Source: Chlorokybus atmophyticus (Eukaryota; Plantae; Mesostigma and Chlorokybus algae). Taken from it: a stretch of DNA of 64,000 bases. Made by a program: the position numbers and the translations under genes. This document shows positions 1-13,404 of this stretch, in pieces. Position 1 is the stretch's first letter; each line of letters begins with the position of its first letter. The notes under the pieces are model-generated. The model was not told where the DNA came from. It worked only from the letters and a program-made list of their open reading frames with translations, and searched no databases. The stretch is from contig RHPI01001037.1 in assembly GCA_009103225.1 (NCBI GenBank), positions 1,419,127 through 1,483,126 on the forward strand, given 5' to 3'.

Positions 1-180
1 CACTGCAGACAGCAACTCGATACACAATCTGACGCTCTCTGTGCAGCTTTGTTGCAAGCACTGCATGTGCTGCGCCCTCTTGCGCATGACACGCTCATCA
101 CTGAAACCCAACAACTAACTCCCCACCTCCTACACCTCCAACTAGCTAGTCTTTTCCCCACCCCAACCTCACATCATCAG

Positions 181-3100
181 GTCTCTTCCCCCCCTCGCCA
201 AGCAGTACGTCCTCCGTCTCCTTTTCGTGGACGCGAGTCTGCCAGCACGCACGCTGCAAGACTGGGCGCAGCCGACCGCCGCCGCAAAGCACCGCGCCGC
301 CCTGGATCGACTGAGACAGCTGAGGGTGCTGCTGGAAGAGAAGGGAGGAGACAAGGATAGGTGAGTGGTGGGGGGTGGATGTGTGGGTGGGGGGGGGGGG
401 TGGGGGGGTAGGTGTGCTTGTGACGTGTGTGTGTGACACAACTGGTTACTATTACCATGTGCGCGTGTTGTGTTGGTATTAGGCATGTTTGCGTGCATGC
501 GTGTGTGTGCGCATGACACGGTTGGTGTCTACTACCAAAACAACACGTGTACGCTTGAGTGCATGTGGATGTGTGTGGCACACCGTTGGTGGCTATAAAG
601 ACAAAACAATCTGTGTATCCAACCATGACAGGGCTGGGAAAGGTGGCGTGAGCTATCGACTGAACCCTGCGTTTCAAACGCAATTGCGGCGTGCGTTGTC
701 CAGCAGGTGAGAGAGGAAAAGAAAAGAAGCTCTGGGTTAAAAGGTTGGTTGTGGTCTGTTGCATGCGCTCATGACGTCTTTGCTGCTCGTATAGTTGTGT
801 AATTGCGTGCAGCAATGTCTCGCGCACGCGCAAGCGCACACTCATGCGTGCGCGTATGCGCATGCACATTGTTTGTGTTGGGCTGCTTGCGGATGCGGTT
901 AACACATCGCGTTCACAGCACGGGCCCGCCTGAAGTGCAGCTCCCCCCTTCTGTGGCGAAGAGGTTGCCGACAGTGGAGGAGCTGGACGCGTACGCACTG
1001 CAGCAATGGGAGGTGAGGTGAATGAATGCATCATGTGCTGGTTGAAGTGAGGTTACACCAAGCAACATGTAGTCTACTTGCAGGCAGTGCTCCTCCATCT
1101 TGTTTCATCTGGAGCGCCGGCAGTTGGCCAGCTCGGGAGCACGAAGCTGCCGGCTGCCATGCGTTCGCACGTGAGCCAGACTTTCATGCGCGCGGGGCTC
1201 ATGTAAGCTGGCTGTGTGGCAGTTGTATTGCTATCACCGCGTCATTGGATGTGGGTGTTGAGAGTTGTTGTGTTGTTGTAGGGATAAAGAGCGCGGGAGC
1301 ATCACGGATAGCGGCTTCCGTTTTCTGGTAAACAGCAGGTTGTGATGTTGTGTGACCATGTGCTTTAGCGGGACAGCAACGATGTTTACTGATGTATCCT
1401 GATGTGTGCTGCAATGGCAGTTGCTGGATATATTCGCACAGCTGTGGCAGCTGATACACGAGTATGTCACCACCGCTGAGGTACTGCCAATAATGGCTCT
1501 GGTGCTGATGATTTGTACACGATAGCGCACCCACAACACAAGCAAGTTGGGTGTGGCTGTTGCACCCAAGTGTTGTGTTTGCATGTATCTCACCAGCCTG
1601 CTGTGTGACGTTTTCAACAATATACCCATGGCTTGTTACTACAAATGCAGGGCCGAGGCATGGACGCCGCGCAGGTCATCTCCTTCTTCTTGGAGCTGAG
1701 CTTCCAGACCCCAGGCCAGGTCATATGTACGCCAGACCATAACAAGCATGCACGTACATGCATATGCACACACATGTACACACACACTTACACACGCGCC
1801 CAGACATAAATTCGCACACACGCGCGCATGCACGCGTACTAGACACGCGCAAGCGCGCATGGGAGCGCGCATACAGACATATGCACACGCACGCATCCAC
1901 GCACGCACGCACGCACGCACGCGTACTTCCACTCGCATGCGCGCAGTCACGAAACAAGCCTGTGGCTGAACATGCTTCGTCACTTTATGCAAACAGGCGC
2001 ATGCAATTGATTCGCTCAGTCCCGAACAGCAGCGAGTTGTTGAAGAGGTGGCTTCGTTGGGCCTTGTATATACTCTCAAGGTCAGTTGTAGTCTCGAACA
2101 CTGCGTTTGATTGCTTGCATCAGTGACAACCATGTGATAGGCGTCGTTTTTCTCATGGGCAAACAGTATGTACTATTCCTGTACGCAGAAGTGTCCAGTC
2201 AAGCCCACAACCTGAGTACTTGTGGTTGTTATGACACCCAACTCATGCTGTGACAGCTATGTCATACTGGTGGCAAGTGCAGCTTTGGATGTTGCATGGC
2301 ATGCATCTGCTGTCAATCAGGAAGAATGCGTCGCATTACCGGAGCTGTCATGCTCAGATGTAAGCATGAGTAGAAGTGTTTGCTGGTTGTAAGCTTTCCA
2401 TGAACTTGCAGGCCAACGACGGGCAGCGGTGGTACTTACCCACGCGGTTGGCATCCAACTTGTCTGCGGGTTTATCCTCCTCCTCCTCCTCATCATCTGG
2501 TGGCGGCGCGTGGCAGGCTGCGGAGGGATTCATCGTGGTGGAGACCAACTACCGCGTGTACGCCTACACGGCGTCGGCGGTTCAGATGGCGGTGCTGCGC
2601 CTCTTCTGCAAGATCGACTACCGACTGCCCAATGTGGTCGTCGGATCCGTCACGCGAGACAGCGTGCGCTCCGCACTTGGGTGCGGCATCTCTGCGGCGC
2701 AGATTATTGAATACCTGCAGAAGCACGCCCACGCACAGGTGCGCTTGGGTGTCACACAACAATGTGACACAACGCCATTGTCTGGAGTACTTAACATTCT
2801 GTGCTGGTGTGCTTACAGTGTGTTGCCGTTCATATGGTCTCAACTGTTTGCTCTGTTTGCTTTACATGAGCATGCACATGCGCTATTGTGTGTGCATGAA
2901 GTTGTCTATGGGCATGTTGCTTTCATGTTGCTGTACACACTGCCTTGACTACTAGTGCGCTGATGTTAAGGTGTAGCATTGTATGCTCATGCACACGACC
3001 AGTTGGGTGCATACGATTGTAACATGTGTGTTTGGGTCCACGCAGGTGGCTGACAGGACGCCTGCGGTGCCTGAGACGGTTGCCGACCAGATCCGTTTGT

Positions 3101-3309
3101 GGGAGTACGACATGCAGCGCGTGCGTCAGTACCCGGCGCAGATGTACGAGGACTTCCCCTCGCCGGAGGTGTTCGACGCGGTCGTCGCCCACGCCCGCGA
3201 CGCCCTCGGAGTCCTACTCTTCCATGATGCAGCCAAACGACGACTTGTCGTACACGCCACCGCACACCCGCAGATGCGCGCGTTCATCGCCAAGTTCACA
3301 AAACGGTAA
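181..3309 (+). CDS. GTF2H4: TFIIH subunit 4 (p52/Tfb2), multi-exon, 5' end lies upstream of the window
   Basis: Spliced exons (e.g. 181-360, ~629-706, ~920-1012, 2412-2739, 3046-3309) give SLPPLAKQYVLRLLF, LLDIFAQLWQLIHEY, GFIVVETNYRVYAYT, YRLPNVVVGSVTRDSVRSALGCGISAAQII and PETVADQIRLWE, all typical Tfb2 motifs; GT-AG boundaries; stop TAA at 3307-3309. Confidence 0.95.
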
Positions 3310-4343
3310 TGTTGTGTCAACCAGTTGGGAAACATCATTCAGTGTTGTGTCCATCAGCCAGGAAGCTACACCATGTTGGCGCGGATGCGCTGATGGTGTT
3401 CAGTCAGTCGGACAAGCAAGTGAGGCGCAAAGCAAGAGTAGTAGTTGCTTGCTTGTGACGAGGTCACATTTAGCATAGTTGGTTCATTGGACTGACACAG
3501 TCCATTGGTACCTGCTTGCACGTTTGCACAATTAGAAGCAGCCTACTGGCTGTAGTATTGCACAAACCGGTAGTAAGTTAATCATGGATGATGGCGGCTA
3601 CATGTTACTTTAGGCTCTGCCCTGCTGGTGTGTGTGCGCGCTATGTTCGCTGCCATGGACTACCCTTTGATTGGGAGCTTCTAGTATATACTTTGAACGA
3701 TGATACGCATGCACTGTTTGAGTGGAGTAACTCCACTCGGACAGTGCAAGCTTGGACATTGTCTAGTCAAGCGTGAGCTGGTTGCCACTCGAGGATGCGT
3801 CTTGGATAACATACAGAAGTGTCTACGTGTATTCTAGCAGAGGCTTATATCATCACAATTCACAACTAAGTGAGTTTGTAGAGTACATTTATAACTCACA
3901 CAATGTTAGCTGTCATAGGTCAAGAACTTTATGCAGCAGGTGCGGGGCCCGACGACTGTGTCTGCAAATTTTGCAAGTGGCATGTGTCACACACCAGCGC
4001 ATAGCAAATTGTGTACAAGATTGTGTCCATGAGTACAAAGATATCTCCCATTCGTTCTGGGGACAATGTTTGACATGTGCATTGGTACGACACACAAGCT
4101 TGCACTGGGTGAACAATCCAGCAGTAACATGCATGTTCGCGTGGCATATTCGCAACGAAGCAATCAGACATTGCGTATGGGGAAGAACCTGTTTTGCACA
4201 TTTATACACAGCCGTCCAGTACAGCTGAAAAATGCTAGGCTACGCTCTATGGCAGGCTCTTAACAGCCTGAAACTACTCTCTAAACACAGCCGAGAGCAA
4301 CTACCACACATCAGCTGTTGCGGATATGTACAAAAACTCCAAT

Positions 4344-4866
4344 CTAGTTGTCCTCTTCCGGAGGCATGATCTTGTCCTTGGCAGCCTTTGTCTCATCAGC
4401 GGCCTCATCATCTCCCGCAGCACGCTAATAAAAACAAGACAAAGTCAGCATTCAGCATCCTCATAATAAAGAAGCCACAGTCTGTAATGCAGCTGCTGAG
4501 GAACAGGAAAGCGGCATTGACTGACCTGGGCCATCTCCTTGACTGTCTGGCCACCCTTGGTGCCCATCTCAACGTAGCCATCGTGGCCAAGCTGCTCTGC
4601 ACGAGCACGGCCACCCTTCTGCTCACAAAGCAAGTGGTTCAGTCTCACATCACAACGTTCTCATACAACAAAACACATGGGCGCCAGTGTGTGAGAGGTT
4701 AAGGAGCAAAGGCATTGCAATCCTGATTAAGAGTGTAAGTGCATGGTTGTAAACATGCGCTTACCGGGCCTCCAATCTGTCCTCCCCTGGAGCCTCCTGC
4801 GCGGATTCTCTCCATTGGGTCGGAGCTGTTGGGGTCTCCTACGCGTGGCTGCACCTCATCGGCCAT
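4344..4866 (-). CDS. Em-like / group 1 LEA (LEA_5, KGG-motif) small hydrophilic stress protein, copy 1, 3 coding exons
   Basis: Spliced translation MADEVQPRVGDPNSSDPMERIRAGGSRGGQIGGP/KGGRARAEQLGHDGYVEMGTKGGQTVKEMAQ/RAAGDDEAADETKAAKDKIMPPEEDN*. The middle exon matches the Em 20-mer (GGxxRxEQLGxEGYxEMGxKGG). Confidence 0.8.
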
Positions 4867-7800
4867 GGCTCTTCTGGACTTGCTTTCAAATGCTCACAAA
4901 CACCTGCTCGACAGCACAAGCCATCAATGACCACTCAACAACAGGCAATGCCGTGTCTTACACTTCCGACACATGCACACACACATGGGCATGGGCATGG
5001 GCATGGGGCTGGGCATGGGCATGGGCATGGTGCCTCACCTTGGGTTGGGTCACGCAGTGCAAGCTCGACTCAGCTCAACTTGAAACACTGACCGTTGCAG
5101 GGCGGTGCGGCATACTATATACCGCGGCTAGCGGGGCGGCAGGCGGCCCCCCTGGCTTGGCAGCCATGTCATCCGCAGCGTAGCGGATGACATGGCCACC
5201 ATCAAGCATACGCGCCGCTGCCAGCTGGCGCGGGCGAGTCCAAACGCAGAGGATTGACCCCCCGCCATGTCAGCTCCCTGCATGGCGCCATGCAATGCTA
5301 GGCATTGTGATCATGGTTTGATGTTGGTGGCTCCACTCTCAGGGGCCACAAGTTTGAGGTGACGAGCGGGGGACGTAATCGGAGCCGTCGGGTACGCGAT
5401 CCGCTGCGACGAGGACGCCCCGCGTTACGTGGGGGAATCCGCGCAGCGATTCGCGGCTAGCGCGCGCCCGGATTCCGGCTTACGCGCGCGCGCGTGGGTG
5501 GGTGACCAATTGATGCGTGGGCGCATACTTACGCGTTGTCGCGCCCCCCTAGAACAGTAGAAGGATGTCACAAACGAGGGCGCGCGCGGAGAAGTATCTC
5601 GCACGCCGCATGTTCTGTCGAATACGATACAACCCTTGCACACACCCCGGCAAAATCAATGAGGGGTGTCACATAACGGGATCAAATAAAGTATAAAAGG
5701 GGGGTGACCAAAAAAGCCCCCCCCCCCTCTCCCCCCCCTCGAAAGTTCACAAGGGGTGTTGTAATCCGGGGGGTATTAGCAAATTAAGGTAGGTAAATGT
5801 TTGTTTAATACGATACTAGCGCAATACGCGTTCGTTTATTACGATTTTTAATTTGTTGGACAGTCTTTGTTAAGCATATCCTCTATTACGACTCTGCATT
5901 TGCATGCACCATCCAGCTTATCTCATACGCAGCACCGACATCAAAAGCATTTTTATAGTACGTGAACCTATCATAATGGTTTATGTGTTAGTGCCTTTAT
6001 ACCATAAGGGTATATGTTTAAATTTTGCATTACCCACACATCTGAGCTACACTTTTTACGTATCAACCGCCCCATACTGCGAAGGGCACTATCCGTCAGT
6101 GTTTGCTTTTATTCTGATCCCACAACACATGCGAACTTGGGTACCTAATTGGCTAAGTCGCGAAATTGACGCTGACAAAGACGCCTTACCCTATGCTCAT
6201 TCGTCCACCCCATTTCGCGGCTTCATTTTCATATATGGTTGTCTCACGTCTCATAAAGCCCTTATGGGTAACAAAACTGCGGTAGTTGATTGCACCATTT
6301 TGCACAAGCTTATGTGAGATCTTAATTGAAATGCAAGCCCCGCGTTGATATGCCATGCAAGGATCCACCTATGAAATATTAGAGGATATGTTGCTCCCCC
6401 TTTATCATGCCGACAATACATTCAGATTTGCAAAACCGGCGCGAGCATATCAATTTCCATGCTTCTTCAAAGCATCTTGCGTAGTAACATCGTGTTCACC
6501 GTCATTTGACTCATGGAATTGATGATTCCAAGTTAAAATGTGGCTTACTTAAATATATGCCGGAAAGTTAGATTGTTTATATTTTACTTTGTAAAAGCTC
6601 ACAATAGCTCTTTCGAACCTGGCTTAGGACGTTGCAGTCAGCTTCCGGTCTTCAATGACACATTTTAAATGTACATTATGTGCCGGCATTGATTAACCAT
6701 AAGAAATAGTTTAAACATGTTTGTCGAGTCACAAATATCCTTGAATATATATAAATATGAAATCATTTAATAAGCATTGCCTATATATAAGTAGTCTCAA
6801 ATTGGCTTGAATGCGGGTAGACAAGCGTTCCACTCACATATTTACCACCAACCTTGCACTCGCCTTCACTTACCTAAACTGTATATCAAGCCGTAGGTTG
6901 ATGATATCTTAACATGCCCTCCACCACATGTATGTATAATTGCAAAGGTCAGAAGTTGTATGGGGTGGAGTATAGGGTACGTTTCGGTTAACGCTCATGT
7001 GCTTTAAGTAAAAGCGCAATTGCTCAAGGACCAATCAAGCATGCAATTCCCCTCCCCCACCCCTTTCTTCCACTTTTTTATCTAGCTAGCGCACATAATT
7101 TGTGTAGAAGGCCCCCCACCCTGTTGTTTATTGTGCTTTGCTGCTACCCTTGCCCATATAACGCCATTTGCCTTGCCTCGAATCCTGGCCCATGTGTTGT
7201 GTCTTATACGATGCCGCGTTGTATGCTATTGGCAGTGCGTGCGTGTATCTGTGTACTTCCATTAGTATACCATGGCCTCAGGTTGTGTAAGAAACCACAC
7301 CCTAATTGTCGGCATCTCGAAATGCATATCAAAAAACGAAAAAGATAGCGCATGTAAATCATTAATTGGTTGTAGCACTATTTGAAGTTGCACAATGTAA
7401 GTGCATACCGATGGTATGTATATGGTATACAAGTGCACACAACCTAATGATATACAATATACAACAAAACCATATACATACCGCAGCACAAGAGTCGGTG
7501 CAGCGTGTCTAGCTCGCTAGCACAAGCAACACTATGCAAAGGATCGCAAGGTAGTGCGCACACGCACACACACACGAGCGTGGCAATTGTCCTGCCAGCC
7601 TCACTCCATCGCCAGAGCCGCAAGCGCCGCATCCGCCTCTGCTGTCGGTGGGTTAGCGGGCACTGGCGCCCAACCCAGCATGGCTGCCCCACGATGCGTA
7701 ATGTTCAGCGCCTGTGCCGTGTCATATACAAAGCAAGGCAAGGCAGCATGCTGTTCGGACGAGACATTTTCAAAGATCGTGACTGGGCGGGATACATTAC

Positions 7801-8054
7801 ATTTTCTTGCAATTTGATAGTCCAAGACGTAATCAACAGACATTGCCAATTCAAAGCTAGTATGTAAGTGAAATCGCACCTTCAGCTAAGATTGCGAATG
7901 TCACGTGTAAGTCACAACTGCCACACAAAGCACATTGTGTGTGGCCTCTATCCATGGTTGACGCAACCCTCAACTTCCACGAGTAGCGTCAGTAGTTTGA
8001 GAAAGCTGATAAACACACAAGCGCAGGAATCCTGCATGCATCAATTGCTCAAGC

Positions 8055-10462
8055 TTAAGGCGTTGCCGTCTCGCTGTTGAATGTGCTTTGATCAACTTCA
8101 CTGCGATACTTAACAGCAGCGAGGTACAAGCCATGAGCTGGCGCCATCGGCTGCGTCATCGCACCCTCCTGCTTTTCTTCCAGCACCCTTCTGACTGCAC
8201 ACGCAAGATAGGACAATAAGTATGTGTACACCTTGCACGGCCTATTATGTTAACCACACCTTCAGCACTTGCCTAGGAGACTTACAGTCAATGCACAGCA
8301 GGCAGGCAGAGACTGCATGTGCTGTGCGGACTGCGTGTTGAACAGAGTGTGTGTCCAGTTAGCAAGCATGCAAGACCGAATAGGGTGCAAGTTACCATAC
8401 CGTCATCAACGGACATGGCTCCGGCACCAACTGCTCTCAGTGCGCCAGCCATTATTCGGACCTGTTGCGTAGCATACAACATGCACTTGAGTACGCGAGT
8501 ACTATGAAGGGTAAAAATGTGCAAACAACAGCTATGTGTGCTTGTGCATAAAGTGTCCGTGCAACCTGGCAAGCATGACCTAAAATGCAGTTACAAAGGC
8601 CGTTTATGTGCTGGCACCTGATGATACAGGAATGAGCGTGCGCGCGCGGTGATGACAAACTCTAAGGCGCCTTCTTCGCGCATGTGGGCATCAGGATGGA
8701 AATGCGGCCACGCTGGGATCGCATGCACGCTCAGGCCATCCAATGTACGCATCGCAGAAGTTGCCTGCAACGTGAAAGGATAAGTTGCACAAATGCATCA
8801 CCAGCCAACACACACACAACACTCCTGTGAACCATCTACTCGACTCGATGCTTGTGGATAGCTAGTTGAGTGGCGCACAGCGCAAACTGCACCTGGCAAC
8901 CGGAGCCTCGGAAGGATGAGAAGTCATGATGGCCAACAAGCACCTTGCAGGCCTCCTGAGCACAATGCGCAAATGAGTTGTTGGTCATCGGGTACGATGC
9001 AGTTAGTAGTGTGTGCATTCGTCTGTCTAAGTTACTTGCATGGCAGGAAGCGAGAGCTGCGTTGGGACGTGCCATGCACGCTCCCGCTCAAACACTGGAC
9101 ACATCTGAGACCCAGAGACTATGCGGTATAGGTACCTGGAAACATAAAATGTACGGCCATTCAACGGATGTCACAGAGTTGAAAAACATAAAGACAGAGC
9201 AAACTTCAGTTAGTTCACACATCAGCAAAGGCTTTGTGTGACTACAATGGTGTTGCAACGGTTGCATGGAATGAGCGCATTGTATACACACATCCACACA
9301 CATGCAAGCATACTCCAGAGTTTGAAGCTTACGTGCGTCCTTGCGCCCAGAAGCGTGAGTGGAACTCGCTCGGCACTGCCTTCACCCCAACAATGCGCAC
9401 GTCGTGCGCGTCACTTTTCTTATGGCAGTAAGGACTTTAGTTAGCCCGAACCTCACCAAGTGCGTGTGCCATGTTGTACACTCTTTACCAAGACATACCG
9501 CGATGAAGTGGTTCAATGCTTTGTGTATTGTCCCCGGTTCAAATGGTGGCAACTGCAGTAGCACGAGCAGTGAATGACCGAACAACAACTACAGCCCTGC
9601 ATCAATGTTTGATGGTTCTGTCAAGGGACTTTAAGCGCACCGCTTCGTTGGGTTTGCGATGACTTGTGCGCCTGATGTCAACGTGGCCGGTGTTGCCCAA
9701 AGCATGGACACCCGCATCCTAGCAAGCGCATGCAGCTACTTAACAGCAAACCAACTTGCATAATTGCTGAAGCAACGAAAAAGTATAAGCTACACTGCCA
9801 CGTACTGTGCGGCTGGAGCCAGCGAAAGTCACCGGCTCTTTAGTGAACTGCTGCAACGCATCCTATCCATAGACACACAAGTTAATGGAACTGGACTATA
9901 CATGGCCCATAACAAACTAATGATGCAACATAAGCAACACTGATCAATGTCACGCGTACGCACCTCAAGGACTTGCTGGACGGTGCGTCCACCAGGCTGC
10001 TTCTGTGACCCGCAAAATTGGGTGCCAATGTATTCCACGGTCAGCAAGTACCGCTGCAATGCGCTCGGGTGCAACGCCTTGTTGACCATCTCTGCAAGGT
10101 ACACAATCAGGCACTTTTGACTAGACAATGCTTCTGTGTATGACGCAAGTCTGACGTAACTGCGCTCAACAATGCTTCTGTGCATTGCATTACTGTGTGC
10201 ATGCATGGCACGCCAAACATGCAGCATTGCGTGCAAGCAACAGCAGGAAGCTCTACTGCAACTAGAAGTACAGTTGCTCAAACCCTCAGTGTAGCAGTGA
10301 GCATGCCAAACGAGAGTTGAGCAGCCAAGCCAAGCCTGCGCTTGGCATACCGTCAGCGTCTGTGGCTGCTGCGTCAAGGGGCAAGCCGTCTCCTGCCTGC
10401 TTCGATCCCACTTTCTGAGCGCCAGCTGCTTCACTGCGCTTGCGCTTCTTAGCATCCCTCAT
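8055..10462 (-). CDS. truA: tRNA pseudouridine synthase, TruA/Pus1 family, multi-exon
   Basis: Exons give RYLLTVEYIGTQFCGSQKQPGGRTVQQVLE, AGSSRT/DAGVHALGN (catalytic Asp motif), HHDFSSFRGSGCQ, ARSFLYHQ/VRIMAGAL and MAPAHGLYLAAVKY. Start codon uncertain. Confidence 0.92.
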
Positions 10463-10542
10463 CAGCACTGCCTTTACTCCAAGCAGCAGCGCAAGGCGTC
10501 TTAGTTGAATGCTCCTGCCTGCCTCAACCTGGTCCTGTTAGT

Positions 10543-12280
10543 ATGCTTCTGGCAAGCATGTGCGCAACTATGCCTGCGGCGACATCAGCTCTGTCGCCGC
10601 CGCTATCGCCGCCGCCGGCTGTGGCATGCGGCAGACGTACCATGCAGGCGGCTTGGGCGAGGGCGGCGATGTCGGCGTTGGCATTGCTGTCGGTCGGGAG
10701 ACCAGCAGCTGGAGGAGGCACATGGCTGCGGCAAGCCTGTGATCGTTGTGGTCCAGCTGCTAGACTCTGCGGCGCAGTGCAGCCACACCACAGCAGGGTG
10801 GGCATGGCCTCCTCCTGTTCCCCCGCGTCCTCCTCCTCCTTCGCCTCGGCCTCAAACTACGCTGTTAAAGCTGCAGTGACGGTGTCTGCCAACAACGAGG
10901 CAGGCAGGCAAGCTCCCACAGCCGCCGACCCCACGCCCGAGAGCGTGCTGCGTTTTTGGTTTGGCGACTCGCAGGTGAGACTTAGATGGAAGTAGTTGAT
11001 TGTTGTTGTTGCTGCTGCTGCTGCTGCTTAGGTTGAAGACTCAAGCGTCTAAAGCCCCAAAGCTATTGCTAATGCTGTGCACTAAGTGATAACCATCGAG
11101 AGAAGCAGAGAAGTAATTTGAACACGTCAACCGCATAGACTGGGAATGCATGTGGCACAAGTATGCATGCATGGATGCATGCATGGACTTCAGTGTCTGC
11201 CTTGTGGTCGAAACATCTGTCAAGCTGCCATGCTTACCACTTACTGCAGGGCTTTCTATCTTTAGCGCCAACTATTCCCATGCTTGCGATTGGGAATGCA
11301 AGCGCGGTGTTTTTGCTTTGTGTCTGAGCATGCATTGCTGCCCAACATTGAAGTGCACGGTGGGTCCGTTTGTGACAGACTTCCTATGTAGGTACATGCT
11401 CAGTGTGCCCTTGCAGATGTATGACCAGCAACAATCTTGCATTAGGCGGCAGTCCCTGATCAAGCAGGCTTCATGAAGTGGTTCAAAGCATCAAATGAGT
11501 TCGACAACGAGCTGCGGCAAAGGTCAGGCTGATGCTTCGTGTTATAATATCAGCTCGCTTAACACACGGTCTGTCTATTGCATTCCTGCAGGTTTGGCAA
11601 CCTCATAATAAAAGCCGCAAGCGGCGAGTATGATCAATGGCGCAAGAGTCTTATGGGTCGCATGGCACTCATCATCGTGTTTGACCAATTCCCACGTAAC
11701 GTTTTCCGCGGTTCACCACAGGTATGTGCAACAGTTTGGCCGAATTTATGCTCATGCATTCCCATCATTAATCTGTGGCACCCTTAGGCTTTTGCTTATG
11801 CTCCAGAGGCGCTTGCGCTGGTGAATGATCTGATTGAATCTGATGAGCACAAGCAGCTCCCGGCGGTGCAAAGAGCGTTTGTGTACTTACCTCTCCAACA
11901 TGCAGAAGACAGAGCAGCCCAGGTCTGAATTTGGCAACTGCGCTGTACACGCACTGATACACTCTAATACACGCTCGTACACAAGTTGTGCAGCAGAGTC
12001 GGGAGCACCCACCATCACCTTCGTGCTGCGCTTAGTCCAAATGATGCCATGCTAACAGACGCTTGCACAGGCTTTGGCGGTGAGATGTTACCAGGAATTG
12101 CTGGAGTCCTTAACCAATGCAAGCGATAGGCCGATCTTTGAGGACTTTTTGAACTATTCAAGGCGGCACCAAGTCACGGTGGATCGCTTTGGGCGGTTCC
12201 CGAGCCGCAACGCCGTCCTTGGCAGGGAATCTACTCCTGAGGAGCTGCAGTTTCTTTCAAAGACGCCACAAGGGTTTTAG
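10543..12280 (+). CDS. DUF924-family protein with long Ala/Ser/Arg-rich N-terminal extension (putative transit peptide)
   Basis: Exons give ESVLRFWFG, KWFKASNEFDNELRQR/FG, ALIIVFDQFPRNVFRGSP, FVYLPLQHAE and RHQVTVDRFGRFPSRNAVLGRESTPEELQFL, the recognisable DUF924 signature; stop TAG at 12278-12280. Confidence 0.88.
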
Positions 12281-12611
12281 AGTTAGTGGTTGCTGGAGTG
12301 CTTTGGCAAGCGTGTGCTGGTTGTGTTGTGCACTGTGTGTCATCAATGCATGCGTCGGCGCGTTGTATGAACATTGGCCCTCAGGATACTTTGGGTGTGA
12401 CTTGAGCTCTCGTCTCTGTGGTAGAGACGACACCGGAATTGCAGCACCATCATACAGAATTACAGCAATAAGTAAAGCTTTTGGACATAGCATCAAATGG
12501 TAATAGGATGTGTACCTTATAAAAAGGCATATTTTTGTGTTTTAACGTAAGAGGGCGCAGTGCATATGCAACATGGGGTGGATGTAGTGTCTATCCGTTG
12601 TGCAACACATT

Positions 12612-13404
12612 TAATGAGAGTGCTTCATAGTGTGGTGAGTAGACTGCTCATGCATGTGTGTGTCACACTCTCATGCATGCCACAATCCTTGCATTCCATT
12701 TATTATACACTCCCTAGTTGGTGCGGCCATCCCATGCCAGAGGCCACTCCAATTCGCTCATGCAGTTGAGGTGAGCGACTGGCTACCCTATATTACGGCT
12801 TAGGGCGTGCATGTCACCGTGCTATGGTGTGGTGTGGTGTGGATAGGTGGGTGCTTGACCGGGAGCACCCTGCATGTGTAGTTGCCTAGTTGATAGCGAG
12901 AGTTGGTGCCCACCCCACTAGCCATGCATAGCAATGCACAAGACGAAGTCACAAGTGAAAGTACATGGGGAGCAGCGAATTCTGCCCGTGTCATCAAAGT
13001 AGGCGCACACAACCACGACATGCACCGCCGCAGATGGAGTTTCCGTGCGTGCCGTGCATGCATGCGTGTGTGTACTGACAAAACCCTAAGCCGGCAGTTG
13101 ACAAGACGGCAGTAGGAGGCTGGCGGAGATGGCGGCGGGGGTGCGGGTGAAGCGGGAGGGGGAGTCCTTTAAGTCCTGCTGCTGGTGTGGCCGCTGCTGC
13201 TGCAAGAAGGCTGCTGACCAAGGCGCATGTGCAAGTAATGACGCACGCATGCATGCATGCATGTCTAATGGGTATGGGCAGTAAAGAAGGTAGGTAGCAG
13301 CTAGGTTAGCAGCCCGGTGGGTAATGAGAGTGCTTCATAGTGTGGTGAGTAGACTGCTCATGCATGTGTGTGTCACACTCTTATGCATGCCACAATCCTT
13401 GCAT
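12612..13404. repeat. 83-bp direct repeat pair (12612-12694 and 13322-13404)
   Basis: TAATGAGAGTGCTTCATAGTGTGGTGAGTAGACTGCTCATGCATGTGTGTGTCACACTC...CACAATCCTTGCAT occurs twice with one visible mismatch. Confidence 0.9.

Noticed and set aside
1740-1950. His/Thr/Ala/Arg- or Val/Cys-rich ORFs from (GCAC)n/(CA)n-like tracts, here and at 38680-38830 and 45600-45680
   Set aside because: Simple-sequence intronic or intergenic repeats; the ORFs are by-products.
7500-7880. Short ORFs on both strands downstream of truA
   Set aside because: No recognisable domain or splice pattern; probably UTR or intergenic.
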